Counted from the first letter of the stretch, positions 8,667 to 18,336 are shown. The stretch is DNA of 24,000 nt from an uncultured Pseudobdellovibrionaceae bacterium (GCA_964388665.1 CAYMBJ010000050.1:4454-28453); one strand, 5' to 3'. Numbers and translations are program-made. Notes: a model not told the origin generated them from the letters alone.

Positions 8667-10193
8667 TCAAACCTCTTTGGCGAATTCGTGCAGATCGGTG
8701 GGGTATTTGCCATCAAAGCAGGCGGCGCAAAAGTCCTGGGAGGATTTTTCCAGGGCTTTGAACATTCCAGCAATGGACAGATATTTTAAACTGTCGGCTT
8801 CGATGAATTTGCAAATCTCTTCGCAGGTGTAGCGTGAAGCAATCAGTTGCGATTTCATGGGAGTATCGACGCCATAGAAGCACGGACCGACCGTGGGTGG
8901 TGCGGCAATGCGAATGTGCACCTCTTTGGCGCCAGCCTGGCGAATCAGTCCCACAATCTTGCGACTGGTGGTCCCTCGCACCAGGGAGTCATCAATCACA
9001 ATCACTCGTTTTCCTTTGAGCACAGAGCTTTGCGGATTGAGCTTGATGCGCACACCGAAATCACGAATGTCTTGGGTGGGCTGAATAAAGGTTCGGCCTA
9101 TGTAATGATTGCGGATGATGCCCAATTCAAAATCGATTCCGCTCTCTTGAGCATAACCAATTGCGGCCGCCACTCCACTGTCGGGGACAGGGATCACCAG
9201 GTCCGCATCCACAGAAAACTCTTTGGCTAGCTGCTTGCCAAAGGCCTTGCGGGCTTCATAAACGCTGCGATCAAACACCAAACTATCAGGCCGCGCAAAA
9301 TAAACGTGTTCAAAGACACAGTGAGCACGTCGCGGTGCTTTTTGAAAGGTCTGCGAGCGCAGACCCTGCTTGTCCACGACCACCAATTCACCAGGCGCCA
9401 CTTCCCGAATGTATTCGGCACCGATGAGATCAAAGGCACAGGTTTCACTGGCAAACACATAGGACTCTTGAGTTTCGCCTTTGGCATCTTCATATTTCAT
9501 TCGGCCCATCACAAGAGGACGAAAACCATAGGGATCGCGCGCCACCACCACTTGAGAATCACTCATCAGCACCATACTGTAGGCACCGTCGAGCCGGGGC
9601 AGAATATCTGCAAGCGCAGTGACAAAATCATCCGAAGGGTGCCGAGAAAGAAAGTGCAGCACCACCTCGGTGTCGGAGCTCCCTTGAAAGATCGCGCCTG
9701 ATTTCTGCAGTTCTTGCTTTAAGGCACGGTAATTGATCAGGTTTCCGTTGTGGGCAACGGCCACAGAACCATTGATCAGATTTGCAGTGAGCGGCTGAGC
9801 ATTGGCGATCAGATTTTGCCCCGTGGTGGAGTAGCGAACATGGCCAATGGCTGCATGACCGCTGATACGGTTGAGGTTGGTTTCATTGAACACTTCAGAA
9901 ACAAGACCCAAGCCCTTGTGGTGCAAATGAGTTCCATCCGCTTGGAGTGTCACCAGACCCGCAGACTCTTGCCCGCGATGCTGCATCGAAAACAGACCGA
10001 GATAAGAAATTTGTGAAGCCTGCGGATGATTCCATATCGCGAACACTCCGCATTCATCTTTCCAACCCTTAGACTCTTTTACCCCGCCAAATATCCCGCT
10101 AGATAGCCCGCCAAATCCGGCGCGAGACTCCCCACCAGGTGCGCCGTAAGATATGCCGATAGATGCTCTCTCGATTTCCGAATTTAGATCCAT
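8667..10193 (-). CDS. purF: amidophosphoribosyltransferase
   Basis: Ntn nucleophile context CGVFAIW, PRPP-binding loop VIVIDDSLVRGTTSRKIV, and Fe-S cysteines (CFYGVD, CAACFDGKYP). Its start overlaps the purL stop by 10 nt. Cys is residue 48, implying a long propeptide or a mis-set start. Confidence 0.93.
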   Translation of the reverse strand: MDLNSEIERASIGISYGAPGGESRAGFGGLSSGIFGGVKESKGWKDECGVFAIWNHPQASQISYLGLFSMQHRGQESAGLVTLQADGTHLHHKGLGLVSEVFNETNLNRISGHAAIGHVRYSTTGQNLIANAQPLTANLINGSVAVAHNGNLINYRALKQELQKSGAIFQGSSDTEVVLHFLSRHPSDDFVTALADILPRLDGAYSMVLMSDSQVVVARDPYGFRPLVMGRMKYEDAKGETQESYVFASETCAFDLIGAEYIREVAPGELVVVDKQGLRSQTFQKAPRRAHCVFEHVYFARPDSLVFDRSVYEARKAFGKQLAKEFSVDADLVIPVPDSGVAAAIGYAQESGIDFELGIIRNHYIGRTFIQPTQDIRDFGVRIKLNPQSSVLKGKRVIVIDDSLVRGTTSRKIVGLIRQAGAKEVHIRIAAPPTVGPCFYGVDTPMKSQLIASRYTCEEICKFIEADSLKYLSIAGMFKALEKSSQDFCAACFDGKYPTDLHEFAKEV

Positions 10194-12421
10194 GAAACCT
10201 CTTTGCGGTTATCACACCACTCGGCTGTGGAAATAGCAAACTCTCTGCCCCAGGTCACATGTTTTCGTTGAACTTCACCTATGTTCATGATCTGCAGGGC
10301 TTCGGTGGCCGAAGACGCCCCCACCCTTTCGGTCACACTCAAGCCCACATTTGAAAACTTTTCTTTGAGCTGAGCACTGACCGCATTGACCTCAGAGGCC
10401 TTCACTACAAAAACGGCCGAATACATATCTTCACTCATGAGCTCGGTCGGCGACTCAAAGGACTCGAGAACCTTTTCGGTGATCTCAAAACCCAAATCCT
10501 GTGTGCACATCTTCATGAGGGTCCAAAAGAGCCCGCCCACGCCGACACTTCTGGTGGTGGCGATGGTGTCGCAATTTTCTAAAATCATTTCGCGAATGGT
10601 TTTTAAAAAGTGATAGCCGGTCTCGCAATCAAACTGCCCCTCATAGATGGACTCTACCTTGAGCGCTTCTGAGATTTGAGCCACTGCCTTGACCTGCGGA
10701 CAGCGCACCCACAAGAGCCTTCCCTCACCAACAAAATGATCGCGCGGAATCGCATTGAGGTCGATTTCGCTCAGGCCAATCATGCCAGTTGCAGGAGTCG
10801 AGGTGATGTTTTGACCAAAGGTTTCGTTGTAAAAGCTGACATTGCCACTCACTACAGGGGCATCCAAAGTCTTTGCCGCTTTGGCGATGCACTCAACAGA
10901 AGTGACAAACTCAGCCATTATGCCTGCCTTTTCGGGGTTACCAAAATTCAGACAGTCCGTCACAGCCATTGGCAAAAATCCCTTCACCGCCATTTGCAGG
11001 GCTGGATAAAAGACGGCATCAAAGGCACCTAGCTCTGGGTTCATGCGCATAAATGCGGGACGACACCCCACCGCCACACTCAAGGCGCGCCCAGAGGGCA
11101 GTCGCAATATGGCCAGGCTCTCACTGCAATCACGAACCGTGCGCCCACCCACGCGTTGGTCGTACTGACGGTAAATCTCTTTTTTGCTCTGAAAGACGGG
11201 CGATTTAGAAAGCTCGGCAAAAACGCGCTCGACATAGCCAAACGTGTTGCTCATTTCGCTCAAGGGCAGATTGCGCCCCTGTTTGCGCGGAAGCCCCACA
11301 GCTCGGTCGTACTTAGGAGCGGAGTCAACAATGAGGCTGGGTTTGATTTTTGTTAAAACTTCGCCATGGTGGGAGATCACTATGTGGGGATCCTGAGTGA
11401 CCTGACCCAAAACCGCCGCGTCCAAATCCCATCGATTAAAAATTGCCGCCACCTCGTCAAAATCTTCGGGCTTTAAAATCAACAGCATGCGCTCTTGGGA
11501 CTCGCTGAGCAAAATCTCTTCGGCAGAGATGCTGCTGTCGCGCACGGGAACCTTATCCAAATCCAAAGTCAGGCCAACGCCTCCTTTGGCGGCCATTTCA
11601 AAAGAGCTTGAGGTGAGGCCCGCTGCACCCATATCCTGCATCGCCACAATCTTTTTTGTTTGCAGCGCCTCGAGACAGGCTTCGATCAGCAGCTTTTCGA
11701 AAAATGGATCACCGATCTGCACATTGGGTTTTTTACTTTCGGTATCATCAGAAAAACTCTCGCTCGCCATACTGGCGCCGTGAACGCCATCGCGCCCCGT
11801 TTTGGCGCCGACATAGACCACTAAATTTCCTGGCCCCTGAGCTCCGCTCAATGCCATAGGCATGCCTTCTTCAATCAACCCGACCGCCATCGCATTGACA
11901 AGCACGTTGGTGTTGTAGGAGCTATGAAACTCGGTCTGTCCAGTGACGGTGGGCACACCTACGCAATTGCCATAACCGCCAATCCCCTTGACCACGCCCT
12001 CGATGATGCTCGGCATACGCGGCGCCGTCACTTCACCAAAACACAAAAAGTCTGCGAGCGCGATGGGCCTTGCTCCCATCGTAAAGATGTCACGCAAGAT
12101 GCCGCCCACACCAGTCGCGGCCCCCTGGTAGGGTTCAATAAAGGAAGGATGGTTGTGGCTTTCCATTTTGAAGGCAACCTTTTCTCCCTGCCCCAAATCG
12201 ATCACGCCAGCATTTTCACCCTCAGACTCCATGGTGCGAGAGTTGCGGTAACTGAATTTTCGCAAATGAATTTTAGAGCTCTTGTAACTGCAGTGTTCAC
12301 TCCAGAGCGCCGAGAACAGGGCCCATTCGACACCCTTGGGCTCACGTCCCAGTAAGGATTTGATCAATTCGTACTCGTGGGAATTGAGGCGATAGTGCTT
12401 TAATCTGGCTTCAATATTCAT
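10184..12421 (-). CDS. purL: phosphoribosylformylglycinamidine synthase subunit PurL (small, three-subunit type)
   Basis: 745 aa with the motifs WSEHCSYKSSK and ESHNHPSFIEPYQGAATGVGG. Size and context (purS, purQ upstream) fit the split FGAM synthase. Confidence 0.95.
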   Translation of the reverse strand: MNIEARLKHYRLNSHEYELIKSLLGREPKGVEWALFSALWSEHCSYKSSKIHLRKFSYRNSRTMESEGENAGVIDLGQGEKVAFKMESHNHPSFIEPYQGAATGVGGILRDIFTMGARPIALADFLCFGEVTAPRMPSIIEGVVKGIGGYGNCVGVPTVTGQTEFHSSYNTNVLVNAMAVGLIEEGMPMALSGAQGPGNLVVYVGAKTGRDGVHGASMASESFSDDTESKKPNVQIGDPFFEKLLIEACLEALQTKKIVAMQDMGAAGLTSSSFEMAAKGGVGLTLDLDKVPVRDSSISAEEILLSESQERMLLILKPEDFDEVAAIFNRWDLDAAVLGQVTQDPHIVISHHGEVLTKIKPSLIVDSAPKYDRAVGLPRKQGRNLPLSEMSNTFGYVERVFAELSKSPVFQSKKEIYRQYDQRVGGRTVRDCSESLAILRLPSGRALSVAVGCRPAFMRMNPELGAFDAVFYPALQMAVKGFLPMAVTDCLNFGNPEKAGIMAEFVTSVECIAKAAKTLDAPVVSGNVSFYNETFGQNITSTPATGMIGLSEIDLNAIPRDHFVGEGRLLWVRCPQVKAVAQISEALKVESIYEGQFDCETGYHFLKTIREMILENCDTIATTRSVGVGGLFWTLMKMCTQDLGFEITEKVLESFESPTELMSEDMYSAVFVVKASEVNAVSAQLKEKFSNVGLSVTERVGASSATEALQIMNIGEVQRKHVTWGREFAISTAEWCDNRKEVSWI

Positions 12422-13056
12422 ACAAACAGAGCTCCATCCTGACTTCCCATCCAGGCAAAAAGTGCACGTTCCGGATGAGGCATCAAGGCCATAACATTTT
12501 TCTTTTCATTCATGACTCCTGCGACATCATCTAATGAGCCATTGGGATTGTCTTCGTAGGTGAACCACACCATGTCTTTGTCCCACAATCTTTTGAGCTG
12601 ATCCTTTTCACAAACAAAGCGCCCCTCACCATGGGCAATGGGCAAATTGAACCTTTGCCCGGTCTTAGCTTGCGGCAAAAAGCCCTTGGCAGAGTTCTGC
12701 AATTTGACCTGCACCCAATCATCAATAAAACGCAAATTTGAATTGCGAATCAAAGCTCCCGGCAGCAGTCCGGATTCGCACAGAACTTGAAAGCCATTGC
12801 ATATACCCAATACCGGCTTGCCTGCCTTGGCAAAGGCGCGCACCGAGGTCATGGCCTGACTTTTGGCCGCCATGGCGCCACAGCGCAGATAGTCCCCATA
12901 CGAAAAGCCACCTGGTACAATCACTGCATCCAAACCAGAAACTTCAAAGTGATCCTTGTGCCAGCACCACACGGGGGTGTGCCCGCGAGCGCTCACCATC
13001 TGCCATACGTCACGGTCACAGTTGGTCCCAGGAAATCGCAGCACTCCTATTTTCAT
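12418..13056 (-). CDS. purQ: phosphoribosylformylglycinamidine synthase glutaminase subunit PurQ
   Basis: 212 aa. MKIGVLRFPGTNCDRD, catalytic Cys in GICNGFQVL, and His/Glu in MPHPERA. It has 4-nt overlaps with both purS and purL. Confidence 0.93.
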   Translation of the reverse strand: MKIGVLRFPGTNCDRDVWQMVSARGHTPVWCWHKDHFEVSGLDAVIVPGGFSYGDYLRCGAMAAKSQAMTSVRAFAKAGKPVLGICNGFQVLCESGLLPGALIRNSNLRFIDDWVQVKLQNSAKGFLPQAKTGQRFNLPIAHGEGRFVCEKDQLKRLWDKDMVWFTYEDNPNGSLDDVAGVMNEKKNVMALMPHPERALFAWMGSQDGALFV

Positions 13057-13295
13057 TCGGATTGCCTTTCGATCACAAAGGTCTCAAGCAATGGGTTGTA
13101 AAGAACGAACTCCGTCATGGCCTTGACCTTGCTCTCGGCTTTCTCAACATCGGTTTCGTCCACTTCGATTTCGACGTACTTACCGATTCGGCAGTTTTCT
13201 AGCTCATAGTGATTGTCTTTAAGCAACTTTTCAACGGTGCGCCCCTGCGTATCGAGCAGTACACTTCTGGGCATAATGCGAACTCCAAATTTCAC
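13053..13295 (-). CDS. purS: phosphoribosylformylglycinamidine synthase subunit PurS
   Basis: 80 aa with VLLDTQGRTVEKLL, a typical PurS block. Located between purC and purQ. Confidence 0.88.
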   Translation of the reverse strand: MKFGVRIMPRSVLLDTQGRTVEKLLKDNHYELENCRIGKYVEIEVDETDVEKAESKVKAMTEFVLYNPLLETFVIERQSE

Positions 13296-13319
13296 GGTCT
13301 CTTTCTCCTTTAAAAATTA

Positions 13320-14087
13320 CTAAAGCTCAACGCCAATGTGACTCATATAGGTGCACAGGCGCTTGTGCACCTCTGCATAGGCTTCGGCCACGCCTCCCAA
13401 ATCATTGCGAAAACGATCCTTGTCATACTTCTCCAGGGTCTTTGCGTCCCACAGGCGACAGCAGTCCGGCGTTATCTCGTCAGCCAATAGGAGTTTTCCG
13501 TCAGCATCACGACCGAATTCCAGCTTAAAATCAATCAAGCGAAAACCAAGATCGCCAAAAATATCCTTTAAATGCACATTCACTTCGAGAGCGGCGGTCT
13601 TGAGCGCCATCAGATCCACCTCGGGAGCTAGGCCCATCGCCAAAATCTGATCATCAGAAACAAAGGGGTCGCTTAGTCCATCATCTTTAAAATAAAACTC
13701 CACCACAGGTCGAGTCAGCGCACCACCTTCCGGGCGATGAAATCGCTTCGCGAGCGAACCCGCCACAGAATTTCGCACCACAACTTCGAGTGGAACGATT
13801 TTGACCTTTTCCACCTGCATATAGCGCTCGGTTTGCCATTGCACAAAGTGCGAGGCGATGCCTTTGCGGCGCAAATAACGAAAAATCAAGGTCGCCATTT
13901 CGCCATTGAGTCGCCCTTTATCAGCAAAGCTTCCCTTTTTTTGCGCATTGAAGGCAGTGAGATCATCTTTGAACTCCATCCACACCTGGCGGGGAACATT
14001 GGGATCTTGATAAATCTTTTTTGCCTTACCTTCGTAAATCAGCTGACCGAAACGCTCCTTCATCTTGTCTGTGTTTATTGAATTCAT
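13320..14087 (-). CDS. purC: phosphoribosylaminoimidazole-succinocarboxamide (SAICAR) synthase
   Basis: 255 aa with the motifs LIYEGKAKKIY, LEVVVRN and LADEITPDCCRLWD. 4-nt overlap with purB. Confidence 0.93.
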   Translation of the reverse strand: MNSINTDKMKERFGQLIYEGKAKKIYQDPNVPRQVWMEFKDDLTAFNAQKKGSFADKGRLNGEMATLIFRYLRRKGIASHFVQWQTERYMQVEKVKIVPLEVVVRNSVAGSLAKRFHRPEGGALTRPVVEFYFKDDGLSDPFVSDDQILAMGLAPEVDLMALKTAALEVNVHLKDIFGDLGFRLIDFKLEFGRDADGKLLLADEITPDCCRLWDAKTLEKYDKDRFRNDLGGVAEAYAEVHKRLCTYMSHIGVEL

Positions 14088-15373
14088 AGATTGATCCTCT
14101 TCACTAATTGTTTAAATGCCTTTTGATGACCTTGACCCGAGAAAATAGAGTCCAATTCGGTTTTCGAAAAGTGCTTGCTCAGCACGCTGTCTTTTAAAAT
14201 CAAATCGCGCATATGATCGCCGCGCCCGAGCGAATGCGCCACTCGCTGCACGTGCTTATAGGCCTCTTCACGCGAGAACCCCTGCTTTACCAAATGCAAC
14301 AGCAGATGTGAGCTAAAGAGCGTGCCCTGTGAGAGTTCCAGGTTTTCAAGCATCTTCTTTTTATTAACATGCAAGCCATCCAAAAGGTCGGCCATGCGGT
14401 GTAAAGCATAGTCTACCACAATAAAAGCATCTGGAAAGATCACCCTCTCAACTGAGGAGTGCGAGATGTCACGCTCGTGCCAGAGAGCAATGTTTTCTAG
14501 CGCCGACAAAAAATAGCCTCGCACCAAGCGCGCAAGCCCGGTGATATTTTCGGCGCTGATGGGATTTTTTTTATGAGGCATGGCCGAGCTGCCCTTTTGA
14601 CCAACCGTAAATCCTTCGACCACTTCACTCACTTCAGATCTCTGCAAATGCCGAAGCTCGACGGCCAAGCGCTCGAGCCCTGCCATCACAAAGCTCAGCG
14701 CACCGATCATTTCGGCATGCCGATCGCGAGGGATCACCTGTGTGGCAACACTCTCTGCCTGCAAACCTAAACGCTTGGCCACTTTTTTCTCTACTTCAGG
14801 AGGCTGACTCGAATAGGTGCCAACCGCACCTGAGAGTTTGCAAATTTTAAAATTATCGAGAGCGAGCTCCAAGCGCCGATGATTGCGTTTGAGCTCCATC
14901 AAGAATCCCGCCATCTTGATCCCGAAACTCGTTGGCTCAGCAAACATGCCGTGGGTTCGCCCTGGGCAAATGGTCGACTCGTGCTTTTTCACCAACTTTG
15001 ACAAGGATCGTTCCAACCGCTGGACCCCGGCCATCAGCAGGTCTGTGGCTTCCCAAACCTGCAAGCTAAAAGCTGTGTCTAGAACATCAGATGAGGTCAT
15101 ACCGAAATGAACAAACTTTCCGTGGGGCCCCACATTCTCTGCAACTGAAGACACAAAGGCAATCACATCATGCTTGGTGATCTTTTCAATCTCTTGAATT
15201 CTTTTTACAGAGAACTTGGCTTTGGCACGGATACTGCGCGCGGCCGCTTTGGGTATGATTCCAAGCTCTGCTTGCGCCAATGCGACTTGAGTTTCTACTT
15301 CTAGCATTTTGCCAAAGCGATGCTCTAAGTCCCAAAGGACTCCCATTTCAGCTCGGGTGTAACGTTCGATCAC
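14084..15373 (-). CDS. purB: adenylosuccinate lyase
   Basis: 429 aa with the fumarate-lyase signature GSSAMPHKKNP and the N-terminal ERYTRAEM typical of PurB. Confidence 0.95.
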   Translation of the reverse strand: MIERYTRAEMGVLWDLEHRFGKMLEVETQVALAQAELGIIPKAAARSIRAKAKFSVKRIQEIEKITKHDVIAFVSSVAENVGPHGKFVHFGMTSSDVLDTAFSLQVWEATDLLMAGVQRLERSLSKLVKKHESTICPGRTHGMFAEPTSFGIKMAGFLMELKRNHRRLELALDNFKICKLSGAVGTYSSQPPEVEKKVAKRLGLQAESVATQVIPRDRHAEMIGALSFVMAGLERLAVELRHLQRSEVSEVVEGFTVGQKGSSAMPHKKNPISAENITGLARLVRGYFLSALENIALWHERDISHSSVERVIFPDAFIVVDYALHRMADLLDGLHVNKKKMLENLELSQGTLFSSHLLLHLVKQGFSREEAYKHVQRVAHSLGRGDHMRDLILKDSVLSKHFSKTELDSIFSGQGHQKAFKQLVKRINL

Positions 15374-16688
15374 GATCTTTTTCCTTCCTCAACCGAATCC
15401 ATCCTGCCAATTCTTCCAAATCTTCATTCTGCACTTGCGCCATGTCTGACCAGGAGTAATAAGACCACTGCTCCGGCGAACTGCCGATGACCATTTTTGC
15501 CAGACGCGGCCGTCCCACCGAATCTTCGCGGTAAACCGGAAATCGTGGTGGCCCAATCTCTTTGTAAGTATGACGAAACTCACGCGGATAGTCTTTAAGT
15601 TGCACGAAATCCACTTTCCCCATCCTATGATTGATGGCCGCAGAGATCTTTTCGCCCAATGCTTTTAAGTAATCAGAGTTGAATCTTTGTACAAAGGGAG
15701 CTTTTGCCCAAATTGCCCAGGTGTGTTGGCTCATTGCTTTTTGCACGATCAGATAATTTTCTCGAGACCAAAACAAATCAGGATCGCCAATAAACACAAA
15801 ATGATCCGGAAATTTATTAAAGTACTCGACGTCTTTCAAAGTGAATTCGTATCGCAACCAGCAAGACTCTGGATCTCGCCCCGTTTGCCCATATAGGGTT
15901 TTGCCCGCCGACTGCGATAAAAAGTAAGTCTCTTCACTGGTGAGCATCCACACCGCGGCCAAAGACTTCGTGAGCCCCACCCACTCGCCCGTGGTTTCAA
16001 TGGCAAAAAAACTCTCGGGATGCGACTTCAAAGCGACGTCTTTAAAAACGCTGTGGCTAGAAACCTGTATGCCATCCTGTTTGAGCATCTCCAGAGCCTT
16101 GGCATAGTCAGAAAGATTAAACTGCCGAAAGGAAAAGCTCTGGCGAATACGTCGCTGTGATTTCTTGTCCCAATCAATCACCCTGCGAAAGCTCATTTCG
16201 CGAGTGCTCCCCCAAATTTCGTTAAAGTACTCAAGCCAGTACTTAGCAAAAAAAGCCGGCTCGGCATTCAAGCTCGTGGTCACGGGCCCGGAGGTGGAGG
16301 CGTGAGCAGACGCGGAGGCCTGCGCTCTTCGATCCGCTTTTCTCCGATTGAAGGGACCGCGTTTATTTTGAATGTCTGCAGTCGAGCGCTCCAGATAGAA
16401 GTTTGCCATGGGCCCCTTCATTTCGTAGGGACCATCTGCAAGCCAGGCACAAATTCCACCGCCCTGTTCAATGATCTGCCCATCCAACTCCAATCGAGAT
16501 TTCCATTCTGGATGAGATTCTAATCCGGCAATTCCAAAAGGACCTTCAAAATCTTCTGTGGACCAATTACCAAGATCATGAGTAAGATCCAAAAAACCGA
16601 CGCTGAGACCCAACTTTCGAGCCTGCAACGCCAAATGCTGACCTCTGCCAAAAGCACTTACAATAAAGAGATCAAAATCTGTTTTCAT
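15348..16688 (-). CDS. uncharacterised protein embedded in the pur operon; N-terminal degenerate Rossmann-like (dinucleotide-binding-like) beta-alpha-beta
   Basis: 446-aa ORF with no competing ORF. Its 3' end overlaps the purB start by 26 nt. The N-terminus DLFIVSAFGRGQHLALQARKLGLSVGFLD resembles a degenerate GxGxxG fold ending in an acidic residue. It has a low-complexity basic/Ala-Ser segment (RRKADRRAQASASAHASTSG). I recognise no purine-pathway enzyme motif. Confidence 0.7.
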   Translation of the reverse strand: MKTDFDLFIVSAFGRGQHLALQARKLGLSVGFLDLTHDLGNWSTEDFEGPFGIAGLESHPEWKSRLELDGQIIEQGGGICAWLADGPYEMKGPMANFYLERSTADIQNKRGPFNRRKADRRAQASASAHASTSGPVTTSLNAEPAFFAKYWLEYFNEIWGSTREMSFRRVIDWDKKSQRRIRQSFSFRQFNLSDYAKALEMLKQDGIQVSSHSVFKDVALKSHPESFFAIETTGEWVGLTKSLAAVWMLTSEETYFLSQSAGKTLYGQTGRDPESCWLRYEFTLKDVEYFNKFPDHFVFIGDPDLFWSRENYLIVQKAMSQHTWAIWAKAPFVQRFNSDYLKALGEKISAAINHRMGKVDFVQLKDYPREFRHTYKEIGPPRFPVYREDSVGRPRLAKMVIGSSPEQWSYYSWSDMAQVQNEDLEELAGWIRLRKEKDRDRTLHPS

Positions 16689-16762
16689 AGAGGGCCGAAG
16701 TGTAACTGTAACTGCGACATTCGGTCAAAAACAAAATCCCTACGCAAGCTCAACCGATGACC

Positions 16763-17323
16763 CTATGTGATCTGCAAAAAACTTGCACATTGACGCACAA
16801 GTCGCTGCTCAATGGTGGCAATTAAAAACTTTGCCTGATCCAAGCTCTGCGGAAGAGGCTCTAGAGCCCTTTGACTGAGGACCGCCCCCTCATCAAGCCC
16901 AGGCGTCACCAGATGCACGCTTGCGCCAACGCCTGTTTGCGTGGCAAAGCTCTTTTCAATGGCATTCAATCCTTTGTGCTGCGGCAATAGTGAAGGATGC
17001 AGGTTGATCATGCGACCGGCAAAGGCAGCAATCACCTCCGCTGGAACAATTCGCATAAAACCCAATAAAAAAACATGAGTGATGCCATATTCTTGCAATA
17101 CAGATTGCAGTCGCTGCCAATCGGGTTGCTGATGGGACATCAGCTCCACCGGCACTCCCATGCGCCGCGCCTTTTTTACTCCCGGAGCTTGGGCTCGACT
17201 TGAAATCACCAATCCCACAGCAAAACTTTCTTGTAAATCTAAGACAGCTTGCAAATTGGAGCCGCGCCCAGAAATCCAGACCGCCCACCTTTGGCGTGAT
17301 TTAAGAGCCGATCTCATTCTCAA
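16763..17323 (-). CDS. purN: phosphoribosylglycinamide formyltransferase
   Basis: 186 aa with the motifs VWISGRGSNLQAVLD, INLHPSLLPQHKG and HLVTPGLDEG. 4-nt overlap with purM. Confidence 0.92.
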   Translation of the reverse strand: MRMRSALKSRQRWAVWISGRGSNLQAVLDLQESFAVGLVISSRAQAPGVKKARRMGVPVELMSHQQPDWQRLQSVLQEYGITHVFLLGFMRIVPAEVIAAFAGRMINLHPSLLPQHKGLNAIEKSFATQTGVGASVHLVTPGLDEGAVLSQRALEPLPQSLDQAKFLIATIEQRLVRQCASFLQIT

Positions 17324-18336
17324 AGCTCAGTCCACGCACTGTAATCCACACTTGCCTCCTGCGATGGATCTTCTAAATCAATCACGCGGCCCACGGCAAT
17401 GGCTTCAAAGCCGGCATTTTCAATCACCGCACGAGCCAGGGGCTCATTGATTGGCGAAACCGCCAAAACCAAGCCGACACCGCAGTTGAGAGATTCCAGC
17501 ATCTCTTGGGCTGACATTTCCGAGCGCCTCTGCACTTCTAAAAAGGGCTCCGGAAACGGCCAAGTTTTTAGTAGGGCCTGAGTTCCCTTTGGTAACACAC
17601 GTGGGACATTTTCCATCCCGCCTCCCGTGATGTGGGCTATCGCATTTACCAACTGGCTGGCCATCAAGGCTTTAGCCAATTTCACATAAAGAGCTGTGGG
17701 CTTCATAAGTATGTCTAGCCAGGCGGCGAGATCCTTTTCAAAGAGTTTCCGCAGCAACGAATATCCATTGGAATGAAAGCCTGAGGAACTCACCCCCAGC
17801 AGCACATCGCCCACGCGAACGCGCTGAGCTCCCAGCCGCTCATCTTCGTCCACCATGCCTATGGCAAAGCCAGCACAGTCAAAATGGGGCGCACGGTACA
17901 CACCTGGCATCTCGGCGGTTTCGCCGCCAATCAGCGCGCACTCCGCCTCTACGCAGGCCTGCCGAACCGAAGTTAAGAACTCTTTGGCCTGCTCCTCATC
18001 GAGCTTGGCCACAGCATAGTAATCTAAAAAAAACAGAGGCACGCCGCCAGTGCAGATCAGGTCGTTCACACACATGGCCACCAGATCCTGACCAATGCCA
18101 CGCAGGCGCTGGTGTTCTGCGGCCAAAATCACCTTGGTCCCCACGCCATCGGTGCAGGCCACCATACAGGGCTTTTTCATTTGCGGAAAATCCGCGCGAA
18201 ACAGCGCCGCAAATCCACCAACGCCATCCACAAGCCGTGATTGCCAAGCCTGATTGCCAGGATCTTTTTGCAACCACTCCACCAGCCGATCCCCTGCCTC
18301 TACGTCCACACCAGAATTTTTATATGTTTGTTTCAT
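17320..18336 (-). CDS. purM: phosphoribosylformylglycinamidine cyclo-ligase (AIR synthase)
   Basis: Motifs YKNSGVDVEAGDRLVEWL, GVGGFAALF and CTDGVGTK. The start is ambiguous. The ATG at 18336 gives the N-terminus MKQTYKNSGVD, which fits PurM, but its AGGAG lies only 1 nt upstream. An in-frame GTG at 18354 is the ORF-track start. Confidence 0.92.
   Translation of the reverse strand: MKQTYKNSGVDVEAGDRLVEWLQKDPGNQAWQSRLVDGVGGFAALFRADFPQMKKPCMVACTDGVGTKVILAAEHQRLRGIGQDLVAMCVNDLICTGGVPLFFLDYYAVAKLDEEQAKEFLTSVRQACVEAECALIGGETAEMPGVYRAPHFDCAGFAIGMVDEDERLGAQRVRVGDVLLGVSSSGFHSNGYSLLRKLFEKDLAAWLDILMKPTALYVKLAKALMASQLVNAIAHITGGGMENVPRVLPKGTQALLKTWPFPEPFLEVQRRSEMSAQEMLESLNCGVGLVLAVSPINEPLARAVIENAGFEAIAVGRVIDLEDPSQEASVDYSAWTEL

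Noticed and set aside
8834-13202. Many plus-strand ORFs of 60-154 aa (e.g. 8847-9230, 9306-9701, 10676-11032, 11924-12355, 12738-13202) lying inside purF, purL and purQ.
   Set aside because: They lie antisense to long minus-strand genes with unmistakable enzyme motifs. Their translations are low-complexity or Arg/Pro/His-rich, as is typical of shadow frames. None has a recognisable motif.
16695-16724. Imperfect hairpin (CCGAAgTGT ... ACATTCGG) and a TGTAAC-TGTAAC tandem repeat in the 74-nt purN-X spacer, as a possible internal terminator or regulatory element.
   Set aside because: It has only 8 bp with a bulge and no U-tract on the transcribed strand. It is too weak to call a feature, so it is only mentioned under the X-gene finding.
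16956-18277. Same-strand alternative-frame ORFs inside purN (16956-17288, 110 aa) and purM (17996-18277, 93 aa).
   Set aside because: They are out of frame within genes whose annotated frames carry the canonical PurN and PurM motifs. Their translations are Cys/Arg/Trp/Gly-rich, typical of off-frame reads.
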